Source of the DNA: Bacillota bacterium
GTDB lineage: Bacteria; Bacillota; Clostridia; Peptostreptococcales; Anaerovoracaceae
Reading direction: 5' to 3'
NCBI GenBank assembly: GCA_021443825.1
Contig: JABUTE010000263.1
Span: 1 to 43,432, forward strand
DNA: 43,432 nucleotides
Within the stretch, counting starts at the first letter, position 1. Each line of letters starts with the position of its first letter. A model generated the notes under the pieces. That model did no database searches, had not been told where the DNA came from, and saw only the letters and a list, made by a program, of their open reading frames with translations. Shown here piece by piece: positions 9,281 through 18,995 of the stretch. The translations under genes were made by a program, and so were the position numbers.

Positions 9281-10106
9281 AATTCTCAAGAAGTCATCCG
9301 CTTTTACAGCGGCCATATACCAGTTTCCGACGACAGAAGAAGAGCTGCCCCGGGATACCCTCGAGGGGGATCCTTCCCCAGCAATCGGCGAGCAGCCGCA
9401 GGCCGAAACGCCCCTGTTTCCTACCTTCGGCGATGCGTTCCGCAGTGCCAGCCACACCAGAGAGCAGGCAGAAAACGCTCTGTCCTCTGCCGAGCTGCAG
9501 GCACGCGATATTCTGGAAAATGCCAGAAAGCAGGGCATTGAAGAGGCCCGCCTTGCCTACGAAAAGGCCATGCGGGAGGGCTACGAAGAAGGCTATGCAA
9601 AGGGCCTGCAGCAGGGCCGCGACGAAGCCTACGGCGAAGTCATTCAGCTGCAGCTGGATAAGACCGATGCCATGGCCACCGAGGTGGCTGCCTTTCTGCA
9701 AAAGGGAGAAAGGCTTTTGGAAGAGCAGCTGGAGCAGAACAAGGACGAGCTTCGCGAGCTGGCCATCGCTGTAGCCGAAAAGGTGATCGCGGTAAGCCTT
9801 AAGAGCAGCTCCGAGGTAGTGGGCCGCATGATCCAGGCCGCTGTCGACAAGCGCAAGCGCCGCGAGTGGGTTCGGATCTACGTATCCGAAAGCGCCGGAC
9901 AGGTGCTGCAGCTGTCACCTTCTCTTCGCAGCGCGCTGGCAGGCATCTCCGACCAGGTCAGGATCATTCCCATGGACGACGATGACCCGGGCATGTGCAT
10001 CATCGAGATGCCCGACGAGATCGTCGATGCCAGTGCCAATACCCAGCTCAACAATATCCGGGCCATCCTGTCGGATCTTTCCTACGACGACGGCCTTGGC
10101 AATTAG
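9273..10106 (+). CDS. fliH: Flagellar assembly protein FliH (export ATPase regulator)
   Basis: 277 aa between fliG and fliI. Has a coiled-coil E/A/K-rich centre and a FliH/YscL-like C-terminus. The proposed TTG start overlapping the fliG stop is uncertain. Confidence 0.75.
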   Translation: MPKILKKSSAFTAAIYQFPTTEEELPRDTLEGDPSPAIGEQPQAETPLFPTFGDAFRSASHTREQAENALSSAELQARDILENARKQGIEEARLAYEKAMREGYEEGYAKGLQQGRDEAYGEVIQLQLDKTDAMATEVAAFLQKGERLLEEQLEQNKDELRELAIAVAEKVIAVSLKSSSEVVGRMIQAAVDKRKRREWVRIYVSESAGQVLQLSPSLRSALAGISDQVRIIPMDDDDPGMCIIEMPDEIVDASANTQLNNIRAILSDLSYDDGLGN

Positions 10107-10118
10107 AGGATACAGCCT

Positions 10119-11420
10119 ATGTTCAGACAGATGACCCGTCAGGTAAGCAATATGGATACCTACAGCCTGACCGGCAAGGTGGAGAACATCGTCGGCATGT
10201 CCATCGAGGCCTCCGGCGGAAGAGCCGCGGTAGGCGATATCTGCCGCATCTACGACGGCGAATCCGGCAAGCGAGTCACCGCCGAGGTGGTGGGCTTTAA
10301 GCAGGGAAGAATGCTGCTGATGCCCTATTCGGATCTGAACGGCATCTCGGCCGGCAGCTTCGTTCGCAACACCGGAAAGCAGATGACCCTGCAGATCGGC
10401 GAGTTCTTAAGAGGACGCATCATCAACGCCATGGGCCAGCCGTTGGACGGCAAGGGCGGCTTTGAGATCGGCGTTCCCTATTGCGTCACCGGGCGCGCCA
10501 TGAACCCGCTGGAAAGGCCCCGTATCAAAGACCGGATGGAATTCGGCGTCAAGGCCATCGACGGCATGCTGACCATCGGAAAAGGCCAGCGTATCGGCAT
10601 CTTCGCCGGCTCCGGCGTCGGAAAGAGCACCCTGATGGGCATGATCGCCAAGAACGTCAAGGCCGACATCAACGTCATCGCCCTGGTGGGCGAGCGAGGC
10701 CGCGAGGTGCTGGAATTTGTCGAAAAAGATCTGGGCGAAGAGGGCATGCGCCGTTCGGTGCTGGTGGTCGCCACATCAGATCAGCCGGCCATGCTCCGCA
10801 TGAAATGCCCCAGCGTGGCTACCGGCATCGCCGAATACTTTCGCGATCAGGGCTACGACGTGCTGCTGATGATGGATTCCCTCACCCGTTTCGCCATGGC
10901 TCAGCGAGAGATCGGTCTGGCCATCGGTGAGCCGCCGGTGGCCAGAGGCTACACCCCGTCCATCTATGCAGAGCTTCCCAAGCTTTTGGAACGCAGCGGC
11001 AACTTTGCAAAGGGCTCCATCACCGGCGTCTATACGGTGCTGGTCGAGGGCGACGATACCAACGAGCCCATTTCCGACACGGTGCGCGGCATTCTGGACG
11101 GCCATATCGTCCTTTCCAGGACCCTGGCCAACAGCAACCATTACCCGGCCATCGATGTCAGCGCCAGCATTTCCAGACTTCTGCCCGAGATCACCGATCA
11201 GGAGCACCAGCAGCTGGCATCGAAGATCCGCGATATCATCAGCATCTGCGAAAAGAATGCCGACCTGGTATCCATCGGTGCCTACAAGATGGGCACCAAC
11301 GCCAGCCTGGATTATGCCCTTTCCAAAATGGACAGCGTAAACCGGTTCCTGACCCAGGGCATCAACGAGGCCTTCTCCTTCGAAGAGAGCCTGCAGATCA
11401 TGCGCGACATACTCAGGTAA
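10119..11420 (+). CDS. fliI: Flagellum-specific ATPase FliI
   Basis: Walker A GSGVGKST, Walker B DVLLMMDSLTR, and an F1/T3SS ATPase fold (…SITGVYTVLVEGDDTNEPISD…). Confidence 0.96.
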   Translation: MFRQMTRQVSNMDTYSLTGKVENIVGMSIEASGGRAAVGDICRIYDGESGKRVTAEVVGFKQGRMLLMPYSDLNGISAGSFVRNTGKQMTLQIGEFLRGRIINAMGQPLDGKGGFEIGVPYCVTGRAMNPLERPRIKDRMEFGVKAIDGMLTIGKGQRIGIFAGSGVGKSTLMGMIAKNVKADINVIALVGERGREVLEFVEKDLGEEGMRRSVLVVATSDQPAMLRMKCPSVATGIAEYFRDQGYDVLLMMDSLTRFAMAQREIGLAIGEPPVARGYTPSIYAELPKLLERSGNFAKGSITGVYTVLVEGDDTNEPISDTVRGILDGHIVLSRTLANSNHYPAIDVSASISRLLPEITDQEHQQLASKIRDIISICEKNADLVSIGAYKMGTNASLDYALSKMDSVNRFLTQGINEAFSFEESLQIMRDILR

Positions 11421-11433
11421 GGAGGCATCCGCG

Positions 11434-11895
11434 ATGAAGAAATTCCGCTTTCCGCTGGAGACGGTGCTGGATTACAAGCACCAGATCCTGGATGCTCTTC
11501 TGGGAGAGCACGCCCGTATCCGGGCCACGGTAACGGCCCAGGAGGAGCTGATCCTGCATCTGGAGCTGCAGCACATGGAGTGCGGCAGAGAATACGACGA
11601 AAAGAGCCGGGAAGGTCTTTCCATGACCGAGGTGCTGCTGTTTCAAAACCAGCTGAACGCCTTAAAACGCGATCAGAAGGCCGCCGAAATAAGGCTTGCC
11701 GAGCTGAAGAAGCTGGAGGCCGCCAAGCTGGCCGAGGTGGTCGAGGCGAAAAAAGAGGTGGCGAGCATCGAGAAGCTGAAGGAAAAACGGCTCAAGGAAT
11801 ACAACCGTATGGTGAACAAAAACGAAGAGACGCTGATCGACGAGTTCGTAACCACCGAGCGTGTAAAGGAATTCGCAAACAGCGCCGCCGAATAA
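11434..11895 (+). CDS. fliJ: Flagellar export protein FliJ
   Basis: 153 aa. MKKFRFPLETVLDYK… followed by a long coiled coil, directly after fliI. Confidence 0.85.
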   Translation: MKKFRFPLETVLDYKHQILDALLGEHARIRATVTAQEELILHLELQHMECGREYDEKSREGLSMTEVLLFQNQLNALKRDQKAAEIRLAELKKLEAAKLAEVVEAKKEVASIEKLKEKRLKEYNRMVNKNEETLIDEFVTTERVKEFANSAAE

Positions 11896-11953
11896 CGGTC
11901 TTACCCGCGACAGCGGAAGACATAGAAAAATACGCGAGAAAGGAGGTGGAAAA

Positions 11954-13021
11954 ATGATCGATCTTATAACAAATCCCATGATGACAGCCGAATGCACGCC
12001 CCAGCCTGCAGCCGCTGCAGCAGACGGGCAGCAAAGCCCGGCAAAAGGCGAATTCAAAGCCCTGCTGCAAAAAGGCCTGAAGAATACGGGCCATGCAGAA
12101 GGCGAAACAGCGCCGCAAAAGCCGGCGGTTGCTTCAAACCTGCTTCCTCTGCTCTTTGAGGGCCAGGGCGACGGCAGCGAAGAACCGGATGAAGAGGCGC
12201 TGGCGCTGCTGGCAGCATTGATGGGCATCGGCAGCCAGCCGGTCTTCTTTACGGAAGATCCGCAGCCCCTGCAGCAGGCTCTGCAGCCGAAGGCTTCGGC
12301 AGTTCTGACCGCAGAAGAATCGGCCGTTCCGCAGATGGCGGATCTTCCGCTTGATGCACAGGCACCCGGTGAAGAAGAATTCCTCTTCAGTGCCGCAGCC
12401 CCCGCATCCGATGGGCCGAAGCAAAGCTTAGAAGCAGACCTTCCGCAGCAGACCGCAGGTCTTACAGCGAAGGCAGAAGCACTGCCGCAGCAAGGCAGCG
12501 ATGGCGACGAGCCCTTCGAGGGAGGCGACATCCTTGCAGAGCTGAGCGTGCAGACCCCGCTGTTTAAAGATCCGGAGAGCATCCCCATCAAGGTGGCAGA
12601 AGCTCCCCGGGCAGCAGAGGCAAAGGAATCGGATCCGGTGCAGCAGCTGAGCGTCCGCATCAAAGACGCCTTAGACCGGGGCGAAAGCCGGGTCGAGCTG
12701 CAGCTCAATCCCAAAAGCCTTGGTAAGGTAAGCGTCGAGATGCTCTGGAGCAAGAGCGGCGAGCTGAGGCTCACCCTCACAGCACAGAATCCCGATACCC
12801 AGAAGCTTCTGGCAGCCGATCTTTCGCAGCTGAAGATGCTTTTGCAAAAGGACGGCGCCCAGACGGTGAACATCCAGCTTCGGCAGGAGCAGCAAAGCTA
12901 CGACCGCAATGACGAGCAGAGCGGCGGAAACGGCTCCCGCAGAGAACCGGAAAAACGCAAACATCATTCGCAGGACTTTATCCAGCAACTGCGGCTGGGT
13001 CTTGCAGATGAGATCAGTTAA
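11954..13021 (+). CDS. fliK: Flagellar hook-length control protein FliK
   Basis: Pro/Ala/Glu/Gln-rich disordered N-terminal part and a Flg_hook-type C-terminal domain (RVELQLNPKSLGKVSVEMLWSKSGELRLTLTAQNPDTQKLLAADLSQLKMLLQKDG). Position is fliJ-fliK-flgD. Confidence 0.85.
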   Translation: MIDLITNPMMTAECTPQPAAAAADGQQSPAKGEFKALLQKGLKNTGHAEGETAPQKPAVASNLLPLLFEGQGDGSEEPDEEALALLAALMGIGSQPVFFTEDPQPLQQALQPKASAVLTAEESAVPQMADLPLDAQAPGEEEFLFSAAAPASDGPKQSLEADLPQQTAGLTAKAEALPQQGSDGDEPFEGGDILAELSVQTPLFKDPESIPIKVAEAPRAAEAKESDPVQQLSVRIKDALDRGESRVELQLNPKSLGKVSVEMLWSKSGELRLTLTAQNPDTQKLLAADLSQLKMLLQKDGAQTVNIQLRQEQQSYDRNDEQSGGNGSRREPEKRKHHSQDFIQQLRLGLADEIS

Positions 13022-13038
13022 CAGCAGAAAGGAGAAAC

Positions 13039-13653
13039 ATGAGCGGATATATAGGCGATATCGGCAGCTATCTTTCGGCTTCGGCAACCGGCAGCTATGC
13101 GCTGACAAATGCCACGGGCAAGGATAACAGCAGCCTGAACATGACCGACTTCCTGACGCTGATGGTAACGGAGATGACCAACCAGAGCATCGACCAGACA
13201 GCCGACACGTCGGATATGCTCAACCAGCTGGTGCAGATGCAGATGGTGCAGGCGCTGGTCAACATGACCGATGCGTCGCTGATGACCTACGCGGCATCCC
13301 TGGTGGGCAAGACCGTCACCGTAGGCAAGGTCGACGACAGCGGCATCGTGCAGCAGACCGTCGGAACCGTGACTGCCACCGGCAGCTACAACGGCAATCA
13401 GGTGGTCTTTATCGGCGATGAGTGCTACCAGCTCAGCGATATTCTGGCAGTGGGCGTGCTTCCCGGAGCCGAGGCTCCCGCGGCAGCAAAGATCCCCGCA
13501 GCCACGATCCCCACCGTAGAAGAGATGCTTTTTGAAGAGCTTTTCGATGAGGACGGCTTCTTTGAGGAGGTTCCCGAAGAGGTGGTCGAGCCTGAGGCAA
13601 AGCCCGAGGCAGAAGTCGATGACGAAGTACTTCCCGGGGAGGAGATCCTATGA
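13039..13653 (+). CDS. flgD: Flagellar hook capping/assembly protein FlgD
   Basis: LNMTDFLTLMVTEMTNQSIDQTADTSDMLNQLVQMQMVQALVNM is the FlgD N-terminal motif; the tail is acidic. Confidence 0.9.
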   Translation: MSGYIGDIGSYLSASATGSYALTNATGKDNSSLNMTDFLTLMVTEMTNQSIDQTADTSDMLNQLVQMQMVQALVNMTDASLMTYAASLVGKTVTVGKVDDSGIVQQTVGTVTATGSYNGNQVVFIGDECYQLSDILAVGVLPGAEAPAAAKIPAATIPTVEEMLFEELFDEDGFFEEVPEEVVEPEAKPEAEVDDEVLPGEEIL

Positions 13654-14036
13654 CAGAACGGATAACCTCCGCCCGGCTATACAGCCAGAGCCAGCCTGAA
13701 CGAAAACAGAAAAATGCTCCCCAGGGAGATTTTGAGCTGCGCTTTCGGCAGCTGATGGACAGTCAGCCGGCAACGCCCCAGGTGCAGGTGGAATTTTCCA
13801 AGCATGCACTGAACAGAGCGGAAGAACGGGGCATCCAGATCACCCCCGACCTGATCGATCAGCTCAAGGGCAGCATGGTTAGAGCCCAGGCCAAGGGAGC
13901 GACCAACATCCTGGCGATGGACGCCGAAAAGGCATTTATCGTAAACATCCCCAACGCGAAGGTGATCACAGCCATCACCCAGGATGAAATGAAAGACAGC
14001 GTATTTACCAACATAGACGGCGCCGTGTTCCTGTAA
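13650..14036 (+). CDS. Conserved flagellar operon protein of unknown function (TIGR02530-like, between flgD and flgE)
   Basis: 128 aa, translationally coupled to flgD (ATGA). It occupies the flgD-X-flgE position seen in many Firmicutes and spirochete clusters. Family assignment is from memory and synteny. Confidence 0.55.
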   Translation: MTERITSARLYSQSQPERKQKNAPQGDFELRFRQLMDSQPATPQVQVEFSKHALNRAEERGIQITPDLIDQLKGSMVRAQAKGATNILAMDAEKAFIVNIPNAKVITAITQDEMKDSVFTNIDGAVFL

Positions 14037-14129
14037 AGCTACAGATGGCAGGACCGGTTTCGGAGGCTATGGCATCCGTTCAGACAGAAGGGATGCCGGC
14101 GGCGCCAGAATCGAAAGGAGTTTATCAAC

Positions 14130-15095
14130 ATGACCGGAGCAATGTATTCGGCAATCGCAGGTCTTCGGACCCATATGGACAAGTTAAATGTCATCGGCAA
14201 CAACGTTGCCAACGTAAGCACCAATGCTTATAAGACGCAAAGAAGCGTATTCAGAGATTCTCTTTACACCATGTACAGCAGAGGCTCCGACGGCTCGGCC
14301 ACCTCTGCCGGAAAGAACCCCTCCCAGACGGGCTTCGGTTCCCGCCTGACCAGCATCGATATGAACATGGCCACCAGCACCTATACCCCCGGAAGACCGA
14401 TGGACTGCATGCTCTACGGCGACGGCTTCTTCCTGGTCGGCGATAAGAATATCGAGATCGACCTGAGCAATCCCGAATCGGCCAAGGCCCTGACCCTCAC
14501 CCGACTGGGCGACTTCGAATTCAGAGCCGACGGTTATCTGGCCGACGGCAAGGGAAATGCGGTCTACGGCTTCCTCAATGTCGAAAGCGACGATCTGGGC
14601 AAGCCCCAGGTAAGCGATCAGCTGCAGGCCATCAAGCTGCCCGAGGACGAAAACAGCCCCTCCGGTTTTCTGCAGATCGACGGCATCGAGATCGATGCCA
14701 AGACCGGCCGCATCACCGGAACCTCCAAGGACACCGACCAGATCATTACCATCGGCTTTATCGCCGTCGGCAATGTGACCAACCCCGGCGGCGTTGAGCA
14801 CAAGGGCGATTCCTATTACTCTGCAGGCACCGGCTCCGGCGCACTGACCGTAAGTCTTCTGGGCGGCGCGGCCACCGATCTGCAGGTCTACGGCTCCTCC
14901 AAGATGCTCTCCGAGTATAACGTTTCCAGCGCAGGTGCCACCGAAATGATCACCGGCGGCCTGGAGGCCTCCAACGTCGACCTGGCAACGGAGATCTCCG
15001 AGATGATCACCACCCAGAGAGGCTATCAGGCCAACACCAGGATCGTGACCATCACCGACTCCATGCTGGAAGAACTGGTCAACATGAAGCGTTAA
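14130..15095 (+). CDS. flgE: Flagellar hook protein FlgE (short form)
   Basis: N-terminal MYSAIAGLRTHMDKLNVIGNNVANVSTNAYK and C-terminal LEASNVDLATEISEMITTQRGYQANTRIVTITDSMLEELVNM. Confidence 0.9.
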   Translation: MTGAMYSAIAGLRTHMDKLNVIGNNVANVSTNAYKTQRSVFRDSLYTMYSRGSDGSATSAGKNPSQTGFGSRLTSIDMNMATSTYTPGRPMDCMLYGDGFFLVGDKNIEIDLSNPESAKALTLTRLGDFEFRADGYLADGKGNAVYGFLNVESDDLGKPQVSDQLQAIKLPEDENSPSGFLQIDGIEIDAKTGRITGTSKDTDQIITIGFIAVGNVTNPGGVEHKGDSYYSAGTGSGALTVSLLGGAATDLQVYGSSKMLSEYNVSSAGATEMITGGLEASNVDLATEISEMITTQRGYQANTRIVTITDSMLEELVNMKR

Positions 15096-15153
15096 GATCG
15101 ATTAGTCCGGCAGGCGCTATAAGGCGCTTGCCGGGCAGGAAAGGAAATCCCTC

Positions 15154-15399
15154 ATGATAGTACTTACGAAACGAAACGGAGAACGGTTTCTTCTCAACCA
15201 CGGGCAGATCGCCTGCATCGAGACCATTCCCGAGGTAAAGATCACCATGATGAATCACGATTTTTATCTGGTCAGCGAGACCGTCGACGAGATCATGGAT
15301 AAGATCACCGAATACAATGCGAAGATCAGGGATATTTACAGGGAGATCCTCATAAAGGATGTACGCAAGGATCCGACGGAACGAGGTGAGAACATATGA
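15154..15399 (+). CDS. flbD: Flagellar protein FlbD (SwrD-like)
   Basis: 81 aa. MIVLTKRNGERFLLNHGQIACIETIPEVKITMMNHDFYLVSETVDEIMDKI is characteristic of FlbD; precedes motA. Confidence 0.88.
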   Translation: MIVLTKRNGERFLLNHGQIACIETIPEVKITMMNHDFYLVSETVDEIMDKITEYNAKIRDIYREILIKDVRKDPTERGENI

Positions 15400-16226
15400 A
15401 TTATCTCATAGGTCTTGTCGGTGCATTCCTGGTATGTCTTTTCGGAATGATCACCAAAATCAACCTGGGCGGCGGGCAGCTGATCGAGATCAACTTTGCC
15501 AATCTGATCAACTTCTTCGACCCTGCCAGCGTTCTCATCGTTATCGGCTGCACGGTGTTCATCATCGTCGCCAGCTTTCCGGGAAAGATCCTCAAGTCGC
15601 TGCCCAAGCACATCAAGATCATCATGGACAACAAGCGCTTTGACCCCACCGGTTATATCGAAAAGCTGGTGGAATATGCCCAGATCGCCCGTAAGAACGG
15701 TCTGCTGGCACTGGAGGGCAAGGCCAACGAAGAGACCGATCCCTTCTTTAAGCAGGCCATCATGCTCATCGTCGATGCCAACGACTCCGACAAGGTGCGC
15801 AGCATTCTGGAAAACTCCATCGACTGCATGTCGGCTCGTCACGAAGACACGGCAGGCATGTACGATAAGGCGTCTTCCATCGCACCGGCCTTCGGTATGG
15901 TCGGAACCCTGGTCGGCCTGATCAACATGCTGAAATCCATGAACGTATCCGACGGCAACAGCAACATCGGTGCCGACATGGGTACCGCGCTGATCACCAC
16001 CCTGTACGGCTGTATCCTGGCCCACATGATCTTCGGACCCATCGCCACCCGTCTCAGAAACAGAGACGAAGAGGAGGTGCTCTGCAAGATGATCATCGTC
16101 GAGGGCGTCATGTCGATCCAGGCAGGCGAAAATCCCAAGTTCTTAAGAGAGCGTCTCATGACCTATATGGCAGAAGACGCCATGAGCGATGGCGGCGGCT
16201 CCAAGAAGAAAGACAAAGAAGAATAA
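15396..16226 (+). CDS. motA: Flagellar stator protein MotA
   Basis: 276 aa with four TM segments. The C-terminal part APAFGMVGTLVGLINML…ALITTLYGCILAHMIFGPIA is typical of MotA/ExbB. Confidence 0.92.
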   Translation: MNYLIGLVGAFLVCLFGMITKINLGGGQLIEINFANLINFFDPASVLIVIGCTVFIIVASFPGKILKSLPKHIKIIMDNKRFDPTGYIEKLVEYAQIARKNGLLALEGKANEETDPFFKQAIMLIVDANDSDKVRSILENSIDCMSARHEDTAGMYDKASSIAPAFGMVGTLVGLINMLKSMNVSDGNSNIGADMGTALITTLYGCILAHMIFGPIATRLRNRDEEEVLCKMIIVEGVMSIQAGENPKFLRERLMTYMAEDAMSDGGGSKKKDKEE

Positions 16227-16260
16227 CAGGGCTTCGGCCCTTCCGACAGAGAGAAGGTGA

Positions 16261-17034
16261 ATGTCTTTGAAAAGAAAGAAAAAATCCGGGGGAGGCGGCG
16301 GCGCCAACTGGATGGATACCTACGGTGACATGGTCACCCTGCTGCTCTGCTTCTTCGTTTTGATGTATTCCATGTCGACCGTCACCGACGAAAAGTGGCT
16401 GAAGATAGTCGAATCCTTTAATCCGGACGGCATTCCCGATCCCACCGCCAATGAAGCCTGGAACGGGGCGACCGATGACTCCGACGAGTTTACAGGAGAG
16501 GTCACCCAGGCTACCATCAACGAAAAGATGGACGAGCTCTTTGAACGTCTCACCCAGATGGTCAGAGACCGTAATCAGGAAGATAACATCTCCGTCACCA
16601 GAGACGGAGGCCGCATCTTCATATCCTTTAATCAGGTGGTCTTCTTCGACGGCGACAGTCCGGTGATCAAGAAGGCTGCCGAGGAGATCCTCACCGATGT
16701 GAGCAGCATCCTGGAGGATCTGCAGGAATACATCGACGAGGTGCGGGTCCTGGGCCATACTGCCCAGGGCGAGCCCAACCGTCCCAATAACATACGCACC
16801 GACCGGACCCTGGCCAGCGACCGCTCCACCAATGTAGTCATCTTCATTCAGGAGCACTGCACCCTCGATCCGGCAAAGCTGATCAGCGAAGGCATCGGCC
16901 AGTGGAAACCGGTCGCAACTAACAGCACTGCGGAAGGCAGAGCCAAGAACCGCAGAGTAGAAATGATCATCAGCGGAAGAGACCTGGAAAAGGAACTCTC
17001 CAACGATGTGCTTCAGTATCAGATCATCGATTGA
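16261..17034 (+). CDS. motB: Flagellar stator protein MotB (OmpA-like peptidoglycan-binding C-terminus)
   Basis: ANWMDTYGDMVTLLLCFFVLMYSMS (TM carrying the conserved Asp) and a C-terminal OmpA-like region (…NRRVEMII). Confidence 0.92.
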   Translation: MSLKRKKKSGGGGGANWMDTYGDMVTLLLCFFVLMYSMSTVTDEKWLKIVESFNPDGIPDPTANEAWNGATDDSDEFTGEVTQATINEKMDELFERLTQMVRDRNQEDNISVTRDGGRIFISFNQVVFFDGDSPVIKKAAEEILTDVSSILEDLQEYIDEVRVLGHTAQGEPNRPNNIRTDRTLASDRSTNVVIFIQEHCTLDPAKLISEGIGQWKPVATNSTAEGRAKNRRVEMIISGRDLEKELSNDVLQYQIID

Positions 17035-17053
17035 TCGATTGTAAGGAAAGACC

Positions 17054-18061
17054 ATGGCGGAAGTATTATCGCAAAACCAAATAGATGCTCTTTTAAACGC
17101 CGTGCAGAATCACAGCGACGCAGAGATGTCCATCGGTGCCGACGGCAAGGATGATTACAGAGAATACGATTTTGCCAGCCCCAGAAAGTTCACCAAAGAC
17201 AGGATCAAGATGCTCAACGGGATCTTCGATAATTATTCCCGTATCGCCAACTCCCTGTTCAGCGCCAAGCTGCGGATGAACTGCGAGGTGGCGGTAGAAA
17301 GCATCGAGGAGCAGCGCTACTTCGAGTTTTCCAACGCCCTTACCGAGGGCGATGTGCTGGCGCTGATGGATGTTTCCATCAAGGGCCGCCCGGCAGAGGA
17401 TATTCCCTGCATGCTCTATATCTCCACGCCGATGGCCCTGAGCATCATCGACCGCATGCTGGGGGGCGACGGGGCACAGGACGACCGTCTGCCCGATAAT
17501 TACACCTATACCGATCTGGAGCTGCGGCTCTACGAAGAGCTGGCCCGCGATCTGGTATCCATCAACGGCAGAAGCTGGGAAAACTACATTCCCGTGGAAT
17601 TCACCTACAGCAAGACCGATATCAATCCCACCCTGAGCCAGATCATGGGCCTGGATGAGATCGTCATCATCGTCAATCTGGTGATGCAGACCGACAACAA
17701 CATCGGAAGCATGAGCATCTGCCTTCCCAGTGAGATCCTGAAGAACATCTTTGCCGAGATCAACAGCGACAACCACTGGAAAAAGGCGCAGACCGAGAAC
17801 AAATCCCAGGAGATCTTCGACAGCCTGCGCGACTCCCGTCTGGAGATCGTATCGGTGCTGGGAGAGGTACAGCTTTCCCTGAGCGATATCTACGGACTCA
17901 CCCCGGGCGACATCATCGACCTGGGCAAGCCCAGAGATTCCAGCGTTTACCTGGATATCGGAAATTATCACTGGTTCAAAGGGCACATCGGCACCCACAA
18001 AAAGAACTATGCCGTCAGCATAGACGAGGTGATCAACCCCGCACCCGCAAACCAGAGCTGA
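17054..18061 (+). CDS. fliM: Flagellar motor switch protein FliM
   Basis: MAEVLSQNQIDALLNAV (CheY-P-binding-type N-terminus), a FliM middle domain and a C-terminal SpoA-like domain. Confidence 0.93.
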   Translation: MAEVLSQNQIDALLNAVQNHSDAEMSIGADGKDDYREYDFASPRKFTKDRIKMLNGIFDNYSRIANSLFSAKLRMNCEVAVESIEEQRYFEFSNALTEGDVLALMDVSIKGRPAEDIPCMLYISTPMALSIIDRMLGGDGAQDDRLPDNYTYTDLELRLYEELARDLVSINGRSWENYIPVEFTYSKTDINPTLSQIMGLDEIVIIVNLVMQTDNNIGSMSICLPSEILKNIFAEINSDNHWKKAQTENKSQEIFDSLRDSRLEIVSVLGEVQLSLSDIYGLTPGDIIDLGKPRDSSVYLDIGNYHWFKGHIGTHKKNYAVSIDEVINPAPANQS

Positions 18062-18102
18062 ACCGGCGAACGCCCTGATCCTTATAAACAAAGCGAACAC
18101 AA

Positions 18103-18651
18103 ATGCGGGGAACGGAATCTCCCCAAGAGAGAGAAAAAATGGACGAAAATAACAACATCGAACAGAACATCGACGAAATCCTTCCCGAAGAAGAACATAC
18201 CCAGCCGGAAGCTCTGCCCCCGGAAGCAGTGCCCTTTGCCCAGGCCGAAGAGGCTGCTGAGCTGCCCTTCGATGGGCAGATCGAGCAGGCCTTCGAACCG
18301 GCTCCCGCGCAGCCCAAGGTCATCACCAGCAAGTCTCTTGATTTTCAGGAGCTGGATCTGACCGGCGCTCCCGCTCGCGAGCAGGCTCAGAATCTGGATC
18401 TGATCATGGATGTTCCCGTGCAGGTCACCGTAGAGATCGGCCGCACGGAGCGAATGGTCCAGGAGGTGCTGGAATTCGGAAAAGGCTCTCTGGTAGTGCT
18501 TGATAAGCTGGCCGGCGATCAGGTGGATCTCTTCGTCAACGGCAAGTGCATCGCCCGCGGCGATGTGGTGGTCGTCGACGATAACTTCGGCGTGCGCATC
18601 ACCGAGATCATTCCTTCCCAGGGCGGTGACAAGCTGCTGCAGAAGGATTGA
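18103..18651 (+). CDS. fliN: Flagellar motor switch protein FliN (FliN/FliY family)
   Basis: C-terminal SpoA domain LDLIMDVPVQVTVEIGRTERMVQEVLEFGKGSLVVLDKLAGDQVDLFVNGKCIARGDVVVVDDNFGVRITEI. The start could instead be ATG 18139. Confidence 0.9.
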   Translation: MRGTESPQEREKMDENNNIEQNIDEILPEEEHTQPEALPPEAVPFAQAEEAAELPFDGQIEQAFEPAPAQPKVITSKSLDFQELDLTGAPAREQAQNLDLIMDVPVQVTVEIGRTERMVQEVLEFGKGSLVVLDKLAGDQVDLFVNGKCIARGDVVVVDDNFGVRITEIIPSQGGDKLLQKD

Positions 18652-18655
18652 TCCC

Positions 18656-18994
18656 ATGAGAGTGCTTATCGGTTTGAGCGTGCTGTTTCTGTGCATCGCC
18701 GTTCTTCTGGTGCTGGCCTGGCTGGCCAGTAAGAACGCGGCATCCGGCAAGGCTCTTCCCGGCATGACCGGCGCAGGCAGCCTGAAAACGGTGGCCCGCG
18801 TGCCCGTAGGAAGAAACCAATGGGTGGTGGTGCTCAGAGCCGGCGAGCGAGGCCTGGTGCTGGGCGTGGGAACCGAGCAGATCAGTCTTCTGACAGAGCT
18901 GACTCCCCAGGAGCTGGCCGAGATCGAACAAACGCCCCAAAAGGACGGCGGTTTTTCCGCCGTTTTGCAGGGCATCGTAAAAAAGAGCAGCTGA
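18656..18994 (+). CDS. fliO: Flagellar biosynthesis protein FliO (FliZ-like)
   Basis: 112 aa from the in-frame ATG at 18656. Single N-terminal TM (MRVLIGLSVLFLCIAVLLVLAWL) and the motif RNQWVVVLRAGERGLVLGVGTEQISLL; sits between fliN and fliP. Confidence 0.8.
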   Translation: MRVLIGLSVLFLCIAVLLVLAWLASKNAASGKALPGMTGAGSLKTVARVPVGRNQWVVVLRAGERGLVLGVGTEQISLLTELTPQELAEIEQTPQKDGGFSAVLQGIVKKSS

Positions 18995-18995
18995 G

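Noticed and set aside
14045-14233. 62-aa ORF spanning the gap upstream of flgE and the flgE start.
   Set aside because: It has no SD, overlaps the well-supported flgE start in another frame, and gives an Arg/Gln-rich nonsense-like product.
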